Shown piece after piece: positions 35,481 to 48,815 of a stretch of DNA of 64,000 nucleotides (the first letter of the stretch is position 1; every line of letters starts with the position of its first letter). This stretch comes from Octopus sinensis (Eukaryota): the NCBI RefSeq assembly GCF_006345805.1, contig NC_043006.1, positions 15,066,001-15,130,000 on the forward strand. Direction: 5' to 3'. Under the pieces are notes generated by a model, which was not told where the DNA came from, did not search any database, and saw only the letters and a list, made by a program, of their open reading frames with translations. The position numbers and the translations under genes are program-made.

Positions 35481-38400
35481 AACATCATCATCATCATCAT
35501 CATCGTTTAACGTCCGCTTTCCATGCTAGCATGGGTTGGATGATTTGACTGAGGACTGGCGAACCAGATGGTTGCACCAGGCTCCAATCTTGATCTGGTA
35601 GAGTTTCTACAGCTGGATGCCCTTCCTAATGCCAACCACTCCGAGAGTGTAGTGAGTGCTTTTACGTGCCACCGGCATGGGGTTCAGTCAAGCGGTACTG
35701 GCAATGATCTCGCTCAAATGCTTTTACACGTGCCAGTAAAGCAACGCTGGTAACGATCACGCTCGAATGGTGTTTTTATGTGCCACCGGCATGGAAGCCA
35801 GTTAGCCGCTCTGGCATCGATCACGCTCAGATGGTGCTCTTAGCACTCTACTGGCACGGGGCACAAGTGCCAGTAAGGTGACGCTGGTAATGATCACACT
35901 CAAATGGTACCTTTTATGTGCCACTGGCACGGAAGCTGGTTAGCTGCTCTGTCAATGATCATACTCGTATGGTGCTTTTTGCACCCTGCTAGCACAGATG
36001 CCAGTCATCGAATTTGATTTCGATTTCAAATTTGATGACTGGCATCTGTGCTAGCGGAGTGCAAAGACAGCTATGTAAATTCTAGAAATGAGATTTTTTT
36101 TTTTATTATATATTAAGAAATACATCTTGGTTGAATTTAAAAAATTGGCCACTGGACACATTGGAAACATTTTTGTTTTTGTTTTTTCCAGTATTGTCTG
36201 TTGTAACACTGGTTATATCTCCCCAGTGCTTTTTCTTCCGTCTTCTTCTTTAAAGCAACTGTCAAGACATCTTGTACTCAGCTTGAAAAATGGTGAGAAA
36301 AATATTTTAGCCAAGAAACCCTCGGAAGGTGCAATTAACAAGATTTGTAGTTTTTATTATGACATTATATATGTATGTACTTAATTCATGGTTTAACAAG
36401 GCTACCGAAGGCTTCATGTAAAGAGGAATCTCTTAACAATTATCAAGCCTGTCACATGCGAACAGTGGTACTCGTCTTCATATTGGATGAGAATACATGA
36501 AGTTACATGAGACTGTACAGGATTTCGGGATAGATAAATATGCCGATCAAGGGAAGTAATTTTACATGTACACACACACATTATATATAGTCAACAGATG
36601 AGATTCAGAGATACTCAGTATAGAAAATACTTAGTAGCACTCAAATGATTCAAACTTAAAATCTGATGTGTTTATGAGGAGCCATTTCTGTGGGGTAAAG
36701 AGCGACTATTAGAGGAATCAGGGTGAGCAGATATGGAAGTATTGATGCAGATAGGCAAATCAAATATAAAATCTTGGACTTGATATACAAAACATGTACA
36801 TATGTATAGATATTGTATATTGTGGTGAACATTGTGATGGATCTCTAAGCCCCCAGAAACAGCCGCTGGACTTAAACCACTTTACTTCTTCCCCTTTACT
36901 TTTCTCTGTCACTTGTACTCTATATAAGTTTGATCTATTAATATATGTATCTCTATATTTATACTTAAGTACTCATCATCTGAAAGTCTTCAGTCTTTGC
37001 TTTCTCTTATTTTACATGTATATATATATATACACATGTAAAATGTATGTAGAAGAGCATAGGCTCAAAATGTAAAAGACTTTTTCTATTCCTGAGCGTT
37101 ATACTAATACATCTGTTTGTTTTGTACACCACCTGTCTTCGTCTTTTGTTTTTTTGTAAACTCTCCCTATATATATATATATATATATATATGTACATAT
37201 TGTGTATATCAAACTCAAGCTGTAATATTCAGTTTCTTTATCCATATAATTGCCTCTCTCTATATATATAAATATAGCTATGCACACACACACATATAGT
37301 AAAAAATTGTGATAGAGCCAAATTGCCACTGACAACTTCAATATGGCAGAGAAGTTGTAGGTATGGCCTTATCAACATGACCTCAAGCAGACGTGTTTAT
37401 ATTTACTTTACGTGAATGAAATACCATAAACAGATATGGAGATAACAAGTTTTCTAGGAAGTTCTTATAAGAGCAGCTTAGTCACCTAACATGATTCACA
37501 CCTTTTCCCATACACTCCTGCAAACCCCCTCCCTAGTATTCCTCCTGCCCGAGGAGCCACTTGGACACCTCATCATCACTATCTGTCTCTGTGGAGATAC
37601 CACCAATTTCTCCTCACTTTCTTCCCTAAATGTGAGTAGCCATGTAACTCCTCTTCAACAAGAACCTGTTCTACTCCTCCAAGCTCTTTCCTAACTTAAT
37701 CTCTAGCTAACATAAGGACCAGTATTCCAACTGCTAGGGATCATAGACTTGCAAGCTACATAGTGACCTTAAAAGTGTTGGTGGCATTAAAAAAAAAACA
37801 CTCAATACACACTGTAGAGTATGACTAGAGAGTACTAAGCAGTGATGAGTGAAATTGCAATGTTATCAGTCCGAATATGCTTGATGCTCGTTCGAACTGG
37901 AGAACAAGCTACTCACTGCATTTTGTTATGGAGAATATATCTTGCTTGTTGACAAATGGTGTGTATACCCCTAGCAGCACCATTTACCTAGACTGTGAGA
38001 GGCTAGCATTTGAGAGTAGTTATCTCCTCATAAGTCACAGACACTAAATGATGAGGAGATAAATACTCTGAAATGCTAGCATCTCAGCTTAGGTAGATGG
38101 TGCTGCAAGCTGACATTAGTGGTATTTCGTCTGCCGTTACGTTCTGAGTTCAAACTGTGCCAAGGTTGACTTTGCCTTTCATCCATTCGGGGTCGATAAA
38201 TTAAGTACCAGTTATGCACTGGGGTCGATGTAATTGACTTAATCCGTTTGTTTGTCCTTGTTTGTCCCCTCTACATTTAGCCCCTTGTGGGCAATAAAGA
38301 AATAAGGGATTTTGTAAATGTCATTAATTGAACAACCTAGTCAATAGCGTTGACAAGAAGGAAATAGAGCAGGAGAACAGCTGTGAAGATGACAGAGGGC

Positions 38401-40523
38401 ATTCTGGAAATGAAAGGGGTGATAGGTAGAACACTGAAGTAGGATAGTCTGAACTACAACAGATAAGGAACAAGTAGATATCCTGCAATGAGAACAAACT
38501 CAGATGAGATATTGTGACCAAACAAATTGTCCATGTTTTTTGATGGGGCTGGGTGGCTGTGTAACAAAAGAAATTGCATGCTTCTTCTCTAATAAGCAAG
38601 AACTCGATATTTGTTATTTCTTTATTGGCTACAAGGGGCTAAACATAGAGGGGACAAACAAGGATAGACAAAGGGATTAAGACGATTATATCAACCCCAG
38701 TGCGTAACTGGTACTAAATTTATCGACCCCGAAAGGATGAAAGGCAAATCAACCGCGGTGGAATTTGTACTCAGAACGTAACGGCAGACGAAATAGTGCT
38801 AAGCATTTCGCCTGGCGTGCTAACGTCTCTACCAGCTCGTCGCCTTCAGGAGTCAATATTTGTATAAGGACCATGAGAGACAGATGAGTAAAGGACATAG
38901 ATGTGAAGTTTATTGTGGAAAATGGGGTCAACTAGGGTGTGATTCCTCAGGAACGGGCATTATTGTGCTGTATGTTGCGGAAAATGGAACAGGCTAAGAT
39001 GTGATTGTTGAGGGAAGGATATTATTGTGAAGCATATTGTGCAAAATGGAACCAGCCAGGGTGTGGATTTGTGAGGAAAGGACTACATATTGAGCGGGGC
39101 AAAATAGTCAGTCAGGTTTCAGTTCCTCCCAACAGTCGTCAAATTAGTCACTGAGGCTGGAATGACATCTGTTGATAGTCATTGATGTTATGGCTACACT
39201 TCGCTGGAGCATATTCTGATAGCATGAAAGTCATCCGTAGCTTTGCAGCATAATCATGAGGTAAATTTCCTTCTTAATGCAGAAAACTTGTAATACAACT
39301 GCATCAGTGCAATGAAAATCAACACTGAGCTGCAAAAAGGCAACTTAAAAGCATAACCTGCTAGAAATAGCAGCCAACTCTGGTTTAAATCACACACTAC
39401 TGTCTTGAATAAGAAAAGGACACATTAAATAAGACAGGATGGATGTATTGGATTAAAATATGGAATGGTCGCGCCTGGAGTACCTTTAGCCATAAGTCTG
39501 TTTGATCAGAGTTGACCTAGGGTCAAAACAACAAGAAAAGTATTATTCGTTTCTACTCTAGGCACAAGGCCCGAAATATTTTGGGGTGGGGGTGGGAGGC
39601 AGTCGATAAGATCTACCCCAGTACGCGACTGGTACTTAATTTATCAATCCCGAAAGGACGAAAGGCAAAGTCTGGGAACTCTATGGAAATATATTATCCG
39701 GTTTCCCTTTTCACGTTTATTAATTTTTTCATTGTTTTTTAAAAATTTTTTTATTGAGGGTTAAACAATTATTTTTAGTTTCAGGAGATAACCCAATCTT
39801 TTAATGGGGGTGAGATAACCAAAAAGTACCCATTATCCAATGTACACATTCATTTTGAAAGATAACAAGATAGGGTCAAATAAATTGAGAGACTGGCTGC
39901 AGTTTCTAGCAGGTCGAAAGACTACTTAGAGCGATCGTCGTTGGTCGGACGAGCTACAAGAAAAATACCTCCATTCTCAAACACACACGATAGCATTATT
40001 TTCAGGAAGTTAGTAACTATAATAATATTGTTTCGTATTGCTAAATGAATTAGCTAATCTTCCAGAGAAGTTGCGTAATTAAAATGAAAACAAACGTAAA
40101 GTGGAATATACAAAAATCTTGACTGGCTTGAATTACCGAAACGAAGATGGAAATACTGCAAAATAAATAAACCATGAACGACATTATGTGACTGATTATT
40201 TTTGGTTTGGTTATTTTTTCTTCTGCACCGAAAACTTTAAAATAAATAATCGTAATTTTGTTTATTTTTCGAAATGCATTACTTTTCTTTTAAATAAAAA
40301 AAATATATCATTTCCGGGCTTCTTTCAGTTTCCATTTAACAAACCCACTCTCAAAGCTTTAGACAGCCCAAAGCTATAGTAGAAGACATTTGCCCAAGGT
40401 AACGCAGTGGAATTGAACCTGGAACTATGTGGTTGAAAAGCAAACCTCTTAGCACACAGCCACACCTGGAACTATGTGGTTGAAAAGCAAACCTCTTAGC
40501 ACACAGCCACACCTGTAACTATA

Positions 40524-40914
40524 ACTTTATATATAAAAGTGAGGTTGTGTGCTGTCTGTCTCCTACGATTTAGATTCCTAACTACTCCCACATTTTGCGG
40601 TGCAGTTTAACCAAAACCGGGTATCTTATAGTCGTGATTCATATCGAGCCCTTCTGGGTATTAGCGCGCGTCTACGATGAGTCTACGATTTAAAAAAAAA
40701 ATTTACTATCAATTTTTCCATTTTAATGCATTTTTTCGCTATTATATAAGGGAAGTAACTCTCTAAAAATGTCTACGATGAGTCAACGATTAAAAAAAAA
40801 ATTTACCATAATTTTTTTTCCATTTTTAATGCCTTTTTTTGGCTATAACTCTCTAAAAATGCTTATATAGTTATTTCCCTTACAAATCCGAGCAACGCCG
40901 GGCGATACTGCTAG
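40524..40914 (+). mobile_element. Same Helitron family, two internal repeats
   Basis: Near-identical body, hairpin and CTAG|T end. Confidence 0.85.
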
Positions 40915-42569
40915 TTTGAAGATAATTTCTTCTCTCCCTCCAACCAGCCACAACAATGCTAATTCAATAAACGTTCGTACACGATGAGTTTAGAAGAAAT
41001 GCGTTACTTTTGTTTATAATAATAAAAAAGGTTTCACTTTTAACTGCTTGTTTAATAAAATGAATGATTTTACACGACGGTGTTGAGAACTGACAACAGT
41101 AATCGCTAATAATATTCTGTAAAGTGTTTATTTATTCGTCTCGTTGTTTTAAGAAAGCCAAGTTCGTTTTTTTACATTCCCCATCAGAGTTAGATCCTGT
41201 CTTAATACCGTTTTAACTAAACATTACCAAATGCATTCAACCACTTAACAAAAAACAGAGAGACAAATTTCCTTTTATCATTTGATAATTTGTCGGCAAA
41301 TATTGGGCAAAATATTTTTATAGCTTAATCAGAAATAAAAAAAATAAATAAAAGGTAGGGGGACAGCTTAAATGACCTTCCGGCAGGTCATGGGCGCTGC
41401 CCTTAATGTAATGTGAGTTGAGAGCGGAGAGGGAAGAAAAACTCGCGTCCTATAAGTTTGTCTAGTAAGAAGTAAAATATGAAGATATGGAGTCATCCAC
41501 GGAACAGAGGGCACTCCACTAAAAATTCGCGTCCTATAGGTTTGTCTAATAAGAAGTAAAATATGAAACGGAACAGAGGGCACTCCACTAAAAATTCGCG
41601 TCCTATAGGTTTGTCTAATAAGAAGTAAAATATGAAGATATGGAGTCATCCACGGAACAGAGGGCTCTCCACTAAAAATTCTCCAAGGATCAAAGGTCCG
41701 GTGTTGAATCAACGAATAACAGGTACTGTCCGATGGACTGCGCACACTTTTCTGCGTTTCCTGTTTCACTTAAAAAGCTCGGGGTTGACTCTTGACTAAG
41801 ACAGAAGAAATTCGTCCTAGATGCTTCGTAGTGGAGTCGAACCGGGCACCACGTGATTGCTGGAGACTGAACTTTCGTTGCAGTAACGGACAAACAAATT
41901 CGAGGCGAACGTTGTGGTAGAATAAAAGCGCAAATGAATTTTACAAGTACTGAAAAATTTGTATTTAATTTCTTTAGATTAACGAATTAGAATGCCGTAA
42001 ACAAGATCGAACGACCTTGTTTAAATATAATCACCTTTCTGTGATGAACCTAAGCTGACAGTGGATTACCTAAGATTACCAAGAAAAGTGCAATACTTTC
42101 GTAGAATATTAAGGGAAGAGAGGAGGGGAGAGAATCGAACGAATAGAAACGGTCAATGTCACTAAATGTACTTTTAACAAATGCTGCTAAGCGTTATATT
42201 TTGTTTCGTTGACTTATATATATACTACATGAACAAAGGACTTAAAACATAATTTTTCACCAGGTAGTTGCCTTAAGTTGAAATCGGTTCAGTTCACTAC
42301 TCATTTCCTGAATGTGAAAGTAATAGAACATTCCACACACACACACACACATACACACACACATATATATAAATATGTATGTAGGTATATATACGTGTAT
42401 GTGTGTAAATATGGTGACGAAAAGAGGAAAAATAGAACTCGAAATATGAGTATATGTATTTCTTTAATTAAAAATTAGCAGACGCTGCAGAGTGACTCAA
42501 GGGTCGATAGTTTCGTGCGTTGGCACTTATCAAACTAGTTAATATGTGTGTGTGTGTGTGTGTGGTGTG

Positions 42570-42627
<58 letters not shown>

Positions 42628-42974
42628 CTATATAAAATAAAATACAAAATGGGACAAGAACGCAAAACATCCGGACAGCTGGGTGATACAAAAAGGGACA
42701 ACAAAACAGCCAGATAGACGATACAAAAAAACAAAGACAGGTCATTCGATAGAGGGCTTCGAATGACCCGTCCTTGTTTTTCTTTTATCCAATGTTATTA
42801 ATTTTTTTTTACAAGAAAATATGGAAATAATTAACTGACACTTCAGTGTATTATGTTGCTTTATCTCTCCGATAATGCAAAGTTAACCTTGATGCGATTT
42901 CAACTTCGGACGTCTACCTGGTATGTTTTGTACTAACCAACTCGTCGTCTTTGGTTAATCAAATGTGCGCGCGC

Positions 42975-43019
<45 letters not shown>

Positions 43020-43022
<3 letters not shown>

Positions 43023-43227
43023 TCTTACTCTTTTACTCTTTTACTTGTTTCAGTCATTTGACTGCGGCCATGCTGGAGCACCGCCTTTAATCGAGCAACT
43101 CGACTCCGGGACTTATTCTATCGGTCTCTTTTGCCGAACCGCTAAGTAACGGGGACGTAAACACACCAGCATCGGTTGTCAAGCGATGTTGGGGGGGACA
43201 AACACAGACACACAAACATATACACAC

Positions 43228-43274
<47 letters not shown>

Positions 43275-43440
43275 TACGACGGGCTTCTTTCAGTTTCCGT
43301 CTACCAAATCCACTCACAAGGCTTTGGTCGGCCTGAAGCTATAGTAGAAGACACTTGCCCAAGGTGCCACGCAGTGGGACTGAACCTGGAACCATGTGGT
43401 TCATAAGCAAGCTACTTACCACACAGCCACTCCTACGCCT
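43020..43440 (-). mobile_element. SINE family B, representative full copy (tRNA-like head AGGCGTAGGAGTGGCTGTGTGG...GGTTCAGTCCC, internal (TA)/(CA), tail ..GACTGAAACAAGTAAAAGAGTA)
   Basis: A/B-box-like head. Other copies near 3832, 5545, 9851, 10825, 13858, 14312, 18806, 20416, 32155, 32445, 34165, 40310, 46830, 59555, 62560, 63595. Confidence 0.85.
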
Positions 43441-44003
43441 ATATATATATCCTGCGAGTTATGGAATCCCTTGACAACAAAGTAACTAAGGTATCTTCGG
43501 CCTGATGAGTACCTGATGAGTACCTTGCAGATTACCCCACGTTTGTCTAATTACTTATTCCGAGGTTCTGTTAGCTATGAGACAAATATGTAGCCTAGAT
43601 TTTATCTGCTCCACTCCCTGAATTTGGATTTTTATTCGCATACACAACAACCTCAGTTGCTAACCGTGAACTATAAGATAACTTTTTTCAGCTTATCAAA
43701 CTTTGATTTGGGAAAAATTTACAACCTTCTACGTCAATAAACCACTGTTGTTCCCGAAAGTTGGTTTTTATAACTTCTACGAGCAGGTCGGAGCTTACTA
43801 ACTTCATACACCTTGAAGGAATTCCTTTCGTTAGCCACTACACACATTTTTTTCTCTCCTTGTTTATTTCTGTGTCTCTTTCTGTAGAAGAGCGCAGGCT
43901 CGAAATGTAAAAGACCTTTTCTATTCCTGAGCATTATTCTAATACATCTCTTTGTTTTGTACACCACCTGTCTTCGTCTCTTGTTTTTTTCGAAAACTCT
44001 CCC

Positions 44004-44034
<31 letters not shown>

Positions 44035-45003
44035 GGACAGTGCTGAGTTGTCAAACATTTAAACCAAATTTTCTCAAAACAACTTGCCCGACCGTCCCAT
44101 AGGCCTCCTCTTTGAGAAACATTGATTTAACCTAATTTTGAGACACCAGCAAAAGAAGAAATAAACATAGACTTTTTTTCTATTCCACGGCTTTATCAAT
44201 TGCATTCTCACCTGGAATTGACTTTTGTAATTTTTTCAAGACTTATACACGCCCTGATACCGTCGGTATCTACATATCAAATTTGAGCGCGATCGGATGG
44301 AGGATGCCCGAGATCCTAGAAGCCACACACACACAGACAGACAGACAGAACGTATTTTATATAAGATATATATTGAGATCTTCTGTCATGACTGACCGTG
44401 GGATTGCACCTAGAAAGTTACCCTCCCAGGCACAAGTCTGGGCAAGGTTGTTTATGGAAGACCAGCAGAGTCGCCCATGCATACAAGCGTCCCCTCTCCA
44501 CGCCACCAGTGTTATCCAAGGGAAAGGCAACAGCAGATACAGCTGTGACGTCGCAACTCATTTCTACAGCTGAGTGAACTGGAGTAACATGAAATAAAGT
44601 GTCTTGCTCAAGAACACAAGCACGCAGCCCGGTCCGGGATTCGAACTCACACACTTGGCGTGTAACCAACTGAAACACTTGGAACTGCACTGGTGTTTTT
44701 TTTTCTTTCTCTCTTTTTGTTTTTTTTTCTTGTATTTTGTTTGTTTGTTTTGTAAAGTAAATTCCTGTTCATATTTTGAATAAAAAAATATTAGTAAAAT
44801 AAAGACGGTTTTAAGCTTATCTCATAGAGAGAGAGAGAGAGGGGGGAAGGAGGGCAACGTAAGAGCATAAACAATAGCAAGCTAAGACCTAGACTTTACC
44901 TGCTAGAAATAGCAGCCAACCCTCCCTTAAATCACATATTGTTATTTTAGTGTGTGAGAGAATGGTGGGGTGGGGTGGGGGTGGGGGAGAGAATTGAATT
45001 TAG

Positions 45004-45427
45004 GGATCTTTTCGGTTTGAACGGCAGTTTTTAACATGATTTCTAAGGTAACTAAAAAATTTTAAACTTCGTATACTGGTAGAATGTATTTATAAAACAT
45101 CTTTTTTTCTTGGCTTTATTGAGAAAATTCTATAGTTTGTAAGATATTTGTAGTTTGTTTTTTTCTTCAATTTCTGCAATTTCAATCAATCAATAACGTC
45201 TATTGAGGTAAACAACATTCTCTGCCGTATGAATATGTCCCTCGTTTAAGAAACAGATTGGGTTTATTTACATTTGTGAAGAAAAAAAAAAGGTACCCTT
45301 CCCCCACTCCTAACCCTAACCTTAAAATAGATTGAAATGCAATAGATCGATACTAGGGTCATAATTATGGGTGACAATTTCATATGACACCGCTAGAAAA
45401 AAACTGTCGTTCAAACCGAAAAGATCC
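45004..45427. mobile_element. MITE with GGATCTTTTCGGTTTGAACG TIRs and 8-bp TSD; copies at 48608-49189 and 49702-50123
   Basis: TSD GAATTTAG at 44996-45003 and 45428-45435; about 29-bp TIRs. Confidence 0.88.
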
Positions 45428-48281
45428 GAATTTAGTCCTTTCATTAAATAAGGAAGGCGAAATTGGAGGAGGACACACTGATGTCAGTTTAATCCTTTAA
45501 CATTTAGATCGGCCATATCCGAACTAAATATCCTACCTGTTCTTCGACCAAACTAGTCAGATCCAGCCTCTCACACCCACCCTACAATGTCACTCTAAAA
45601 AAATAACAAATAACTTCATTGAAATTTCGAAGCTACGAGAAAATGCAGGATTAAATCAAAACAATGTGAATAAATAAGGATTATATTTGACAGTAATCTG
45701 GAGGATAAATGGTTAAGATCTTCTTAACGATACGAACTATAAATCATTTTTAGTCTAGGCACAAGGCCTGAAATTTTTTGTGGGGAGGGGCAATCGATTA
45801 GGTTGACCCAGTACGCAACTGGTACTTAATTTATCGACCCCGAAAGGCAAAGTCAACCACGGCGGAATTTGAACTCAGAACGTAAAGACAGACAACATGC
45901 TGCTAAGCATTTCACCCTGCGTGCTAACGTTGCTTATTTCTTTATTACCCACAAAGGGGCTAAATATAGAGGGGACAAACAAGGACAGACAAACGGATAA
46001 AGTCGATTATATCGACCCCAGTGCGTAACTGGTACTTATTTAATCGACCTCGAAAGGATGAAAGGCAAAATCGACCTCGGCGGAATTTGAACTCGGAACG
46101 TAACGGCAGACAAAATACTTATTTCTTTACTACCCATAAGGGGCTAAACACAGAGAGGACAAATAAGGACAAACAAATGGATTAAGTCGATTATATCGAC
46201 CCCAGTGCGTAACTGGTACTTAATTTATCGACCCCGAAAGGATGAAAGGCAAAGTCGACCTCGGTGGAATTTGAACTCAGAACGTAACGGCTGACGAAAT
46301 ACGGCTACGCATTTCGCCCGGCGTGCTAACGTTTCTGCCAGCTCGCCGCCTTTACACGAACTGTGTTTCAAAGAAAAACAGAGATAGTGAAAGTGTCATC
46401 GTTCGGCTAACTGAGCGACCTTGTTAACGACTTATACGAAATTTTACTTATAGTAAAAGTAGAATATCAGGTATGGTTACGGCAATGGTGTTGACAGGTA
46501 AACGGAGATATGGTGACATACTACTAATTAAAATTAGTTAAGATGGTGATTTCGCACAACTTCAGAGTGTGTGAATGTGATTATTTGGTGAGAGAAGAAC
46601 TAAATATTGTCTGAAGAATTTCAGATCACGTTGGGGAGGGTAAATTTGCGGTGAGGAAAAGAAAAAAGAAAAGAGAAGAAAAAACTAGAAGTTTCTTGAT
46701 ATTATCAAATGACCGTCATATTTCGAGAATCGATGTAATACATTCTACCCCTACCTTTTCCTGTTATTTTGTTTGTTTGTTTGTAACTCTGTCACTGGAC
46801 TGCGAAAATGATGGGGTACTAACTTGAGGGGTTTAGTCCAACGAAGCAGCCCCGGTACTAATTTTAAGTTTGGCACTTACTTCCTCGGTCTCTTTTTTGC
46901 TGAACATTTAGTTTACAAGGATGTAAACACATCAACATCGGTTGTCAAACGGCGAGAGATTAACACACACAAACACACACACACACACACACGACAGGCT
47001 TTCGTACAGTTTTCGTCTATCAAATTCATTCACAACACTCACAAGGTATTGGTCAGTTCAAATCCCGCCGAGGTCGACTTTGCCTTTCATCCTTTCGGGG
47101 TCGATTAAATAAGTACCAGTTTAGCACTGGGGTCGATATAATCGACTTAATCCGTTTGTCTGTCCTCTCTGTGTTTAGCCCCTTGTGGGCAGTAAAAGAA
47201 ATGGGTATTGGTCGGCCCAAAGTTATATTTGGATTTTAAATACATACCAAAGAGGTAACCCGCAAAGAACGTCTAGTTTTGATAGTTTAGCGTATATGAA
47301 CAAGAGATGGATTAAAGGAACCAACAAACATATTTGGGGACCACACATCTGTAAATTATTACACATCGATCCGACTAGAAGCGTTACACAACAGTAAATA
47401 AATATTTCGCACCATCACTACAAACAGAATGATATTAACTTTGAAAGTTATTACGTCAGCTGTAAATACACATTTCGCCTCTACGCTATCTTCAAGAACT
47501 ACAAAAAGAAATCGAAGCGTTAGATATAGCAGCTAATATTTCCCCTAAAACCGTAACAGAGTGTCTTGAAAGAGGATCCAATGGATTTGTTATGAAATCC
47601 GAGTTACACTACTACTGAAAGCAAAATGGGACGGTCATGTTTGGAATGACTTTGATCGTAGATTTAGGTGACCAGGGCAACAACTGGGTCTCAACAGCAA
47701 CACTAATTGTAAACTAGTTAAGAAGGGAAACTCTAGATGGTTGCTCGACCTGCTAGACTAAGCGGCCGAGTTCGATCCCTGCATGGGGACATGGTACATT
47801 CAACCGTTAAATAATTTTGAGTTAAAGTGAAACGAGAACAAACAAAAATAAAAAAAACAACAACTTAAAATGAAGTTAAAATAAGACTTAACCGTCATGA
47901 CTATACAGACGTGATGGTCACGACCGGAACCTCATTGATCATAAGCTCCCCCCCACCATTAGGTGTGACCCAAGGCTAAATAACAACACGAGGGCCTTTG
48001 TACTCGCTGGACCCGTCAAAAATAGCAGCGAATGTCCCTTAAGTTACATAACAAATAGTACAGACAAGGAAGTCGAGATAATATCTCAAATACACGACGG
48101 AAAGGTAAGAAGAAGACTTAATTGTTTTCTTCCGAAACGCCTGTGACCGGACAATCTGACCTAGGGTTAAACAGCAAGAATGCAAAAATACAAACAGCAT
48201 AAAAACACGTTTGTGATACAAATAAAAAAAAGTTGGTGTTAGTTTTTTTTTTTTTTAAAGGTTTAAAATTGTTATTTTTAC

Positions 48282-48325
48282 CGATTCTCGTCACCGAAAA
48301 ACGAATCGAAGAAAAAGCGGAACAT
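48282..48325 (-). CDS. HAX1: HAX1-like gene, coding exon 1 (MFRFFFDSFFGDENR)
   Basis: ATG at 48325; ends CG|GTAAAA (phase 2), matching the phase of exon 2. The FFG motif resembles the HAX1 N-terminus (human MSLFDLFRGFFG). Confidence 0.8.
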
Positions 48326-48384
48326 CTTTTTCCCTTCTTGAGGTTTTAATTTCCAGAATATTTTTTCTTTTCGTTCCTCAAATC

Positions 48385-48420
48385 TTAACAGAAACGTATC
48401 GAAGCAGCAGCTGCCGCCAT
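48385..48420 (-). promoter_or_regulatory. Upstream ORF (MAAAAASIRFC*) with a YY1/TISU-like CCAGATGGCGGC start, 5' of HAX1
   Basis: ATG at 48420, TAA ending at 48385, 60 nt before the HAX1 ATG; locally CpG-rich region. Confidence 0.5.
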
Positions 48421-48503
48421 CTGGAAGTGTTCTGGTAAGACAATTGGAGTTACGCCCCTTCACCAGGGAAAAACCCGACATACGTCGTGTTAAATGAATT
48501 GTG

Positions 48504-48773
48504 CGGGGTGTCCACGAAGTCTGGGTACATGGAGTAAATAAAAATCATAACATAAACAATTAAATATAAGAAATAATAATTATTTAAAGTATGTGTTAAT
48601 TCCCATGGGATCTTTTCGGTTTGAACGGCAGTTTTTTAATATAATTTCCACATAATTTCCACATGACACTGCATCCTTTAAGGCCCTCATGCTTTCCGAA
48701 ATCCGTCGAAACTACACCTGATTATATATACACTTTCGATGAGTTGTAGTGCATCTGAGCACTGTACACAATG

Positions 48774-48815
<42 letters not shown>

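Noticed and set aside
36090-36560. Possible transposase remnant (NKATEGF..)
   Set aside because: Resemblance too weak to assign.
38905-39110. Three decayed ~62-bp tandem units
   Set aside because: Ordinary old minisatellite with no further structure.
40135-40187. Signal-peptide-like MSFMVYLFCSISIFVS with GT donor
   Set aside because: Phase 0, incompatible with exon 2; AT-rich chance ORF.
41360-41400. ATGACCTGCCGGAAG|GTCATT as HAX1 exon 1
   Set aside because: Wrong phase for exon 2 and weak donor; 48282-48325 fits far better.
41825-41875. tRNA gene
   Set aside because: Only a B-box-like GGTTCGACTCC; no cloverleaf, probably a SINE head relic.
43495-43550. CCTGATGAGTACCTGATGAGTACC as a hammerhead
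   Set aside because: The CUGAUGA half is duplicated, but no downstream GAAA/stem II partner or cleavage triplet could be placed.
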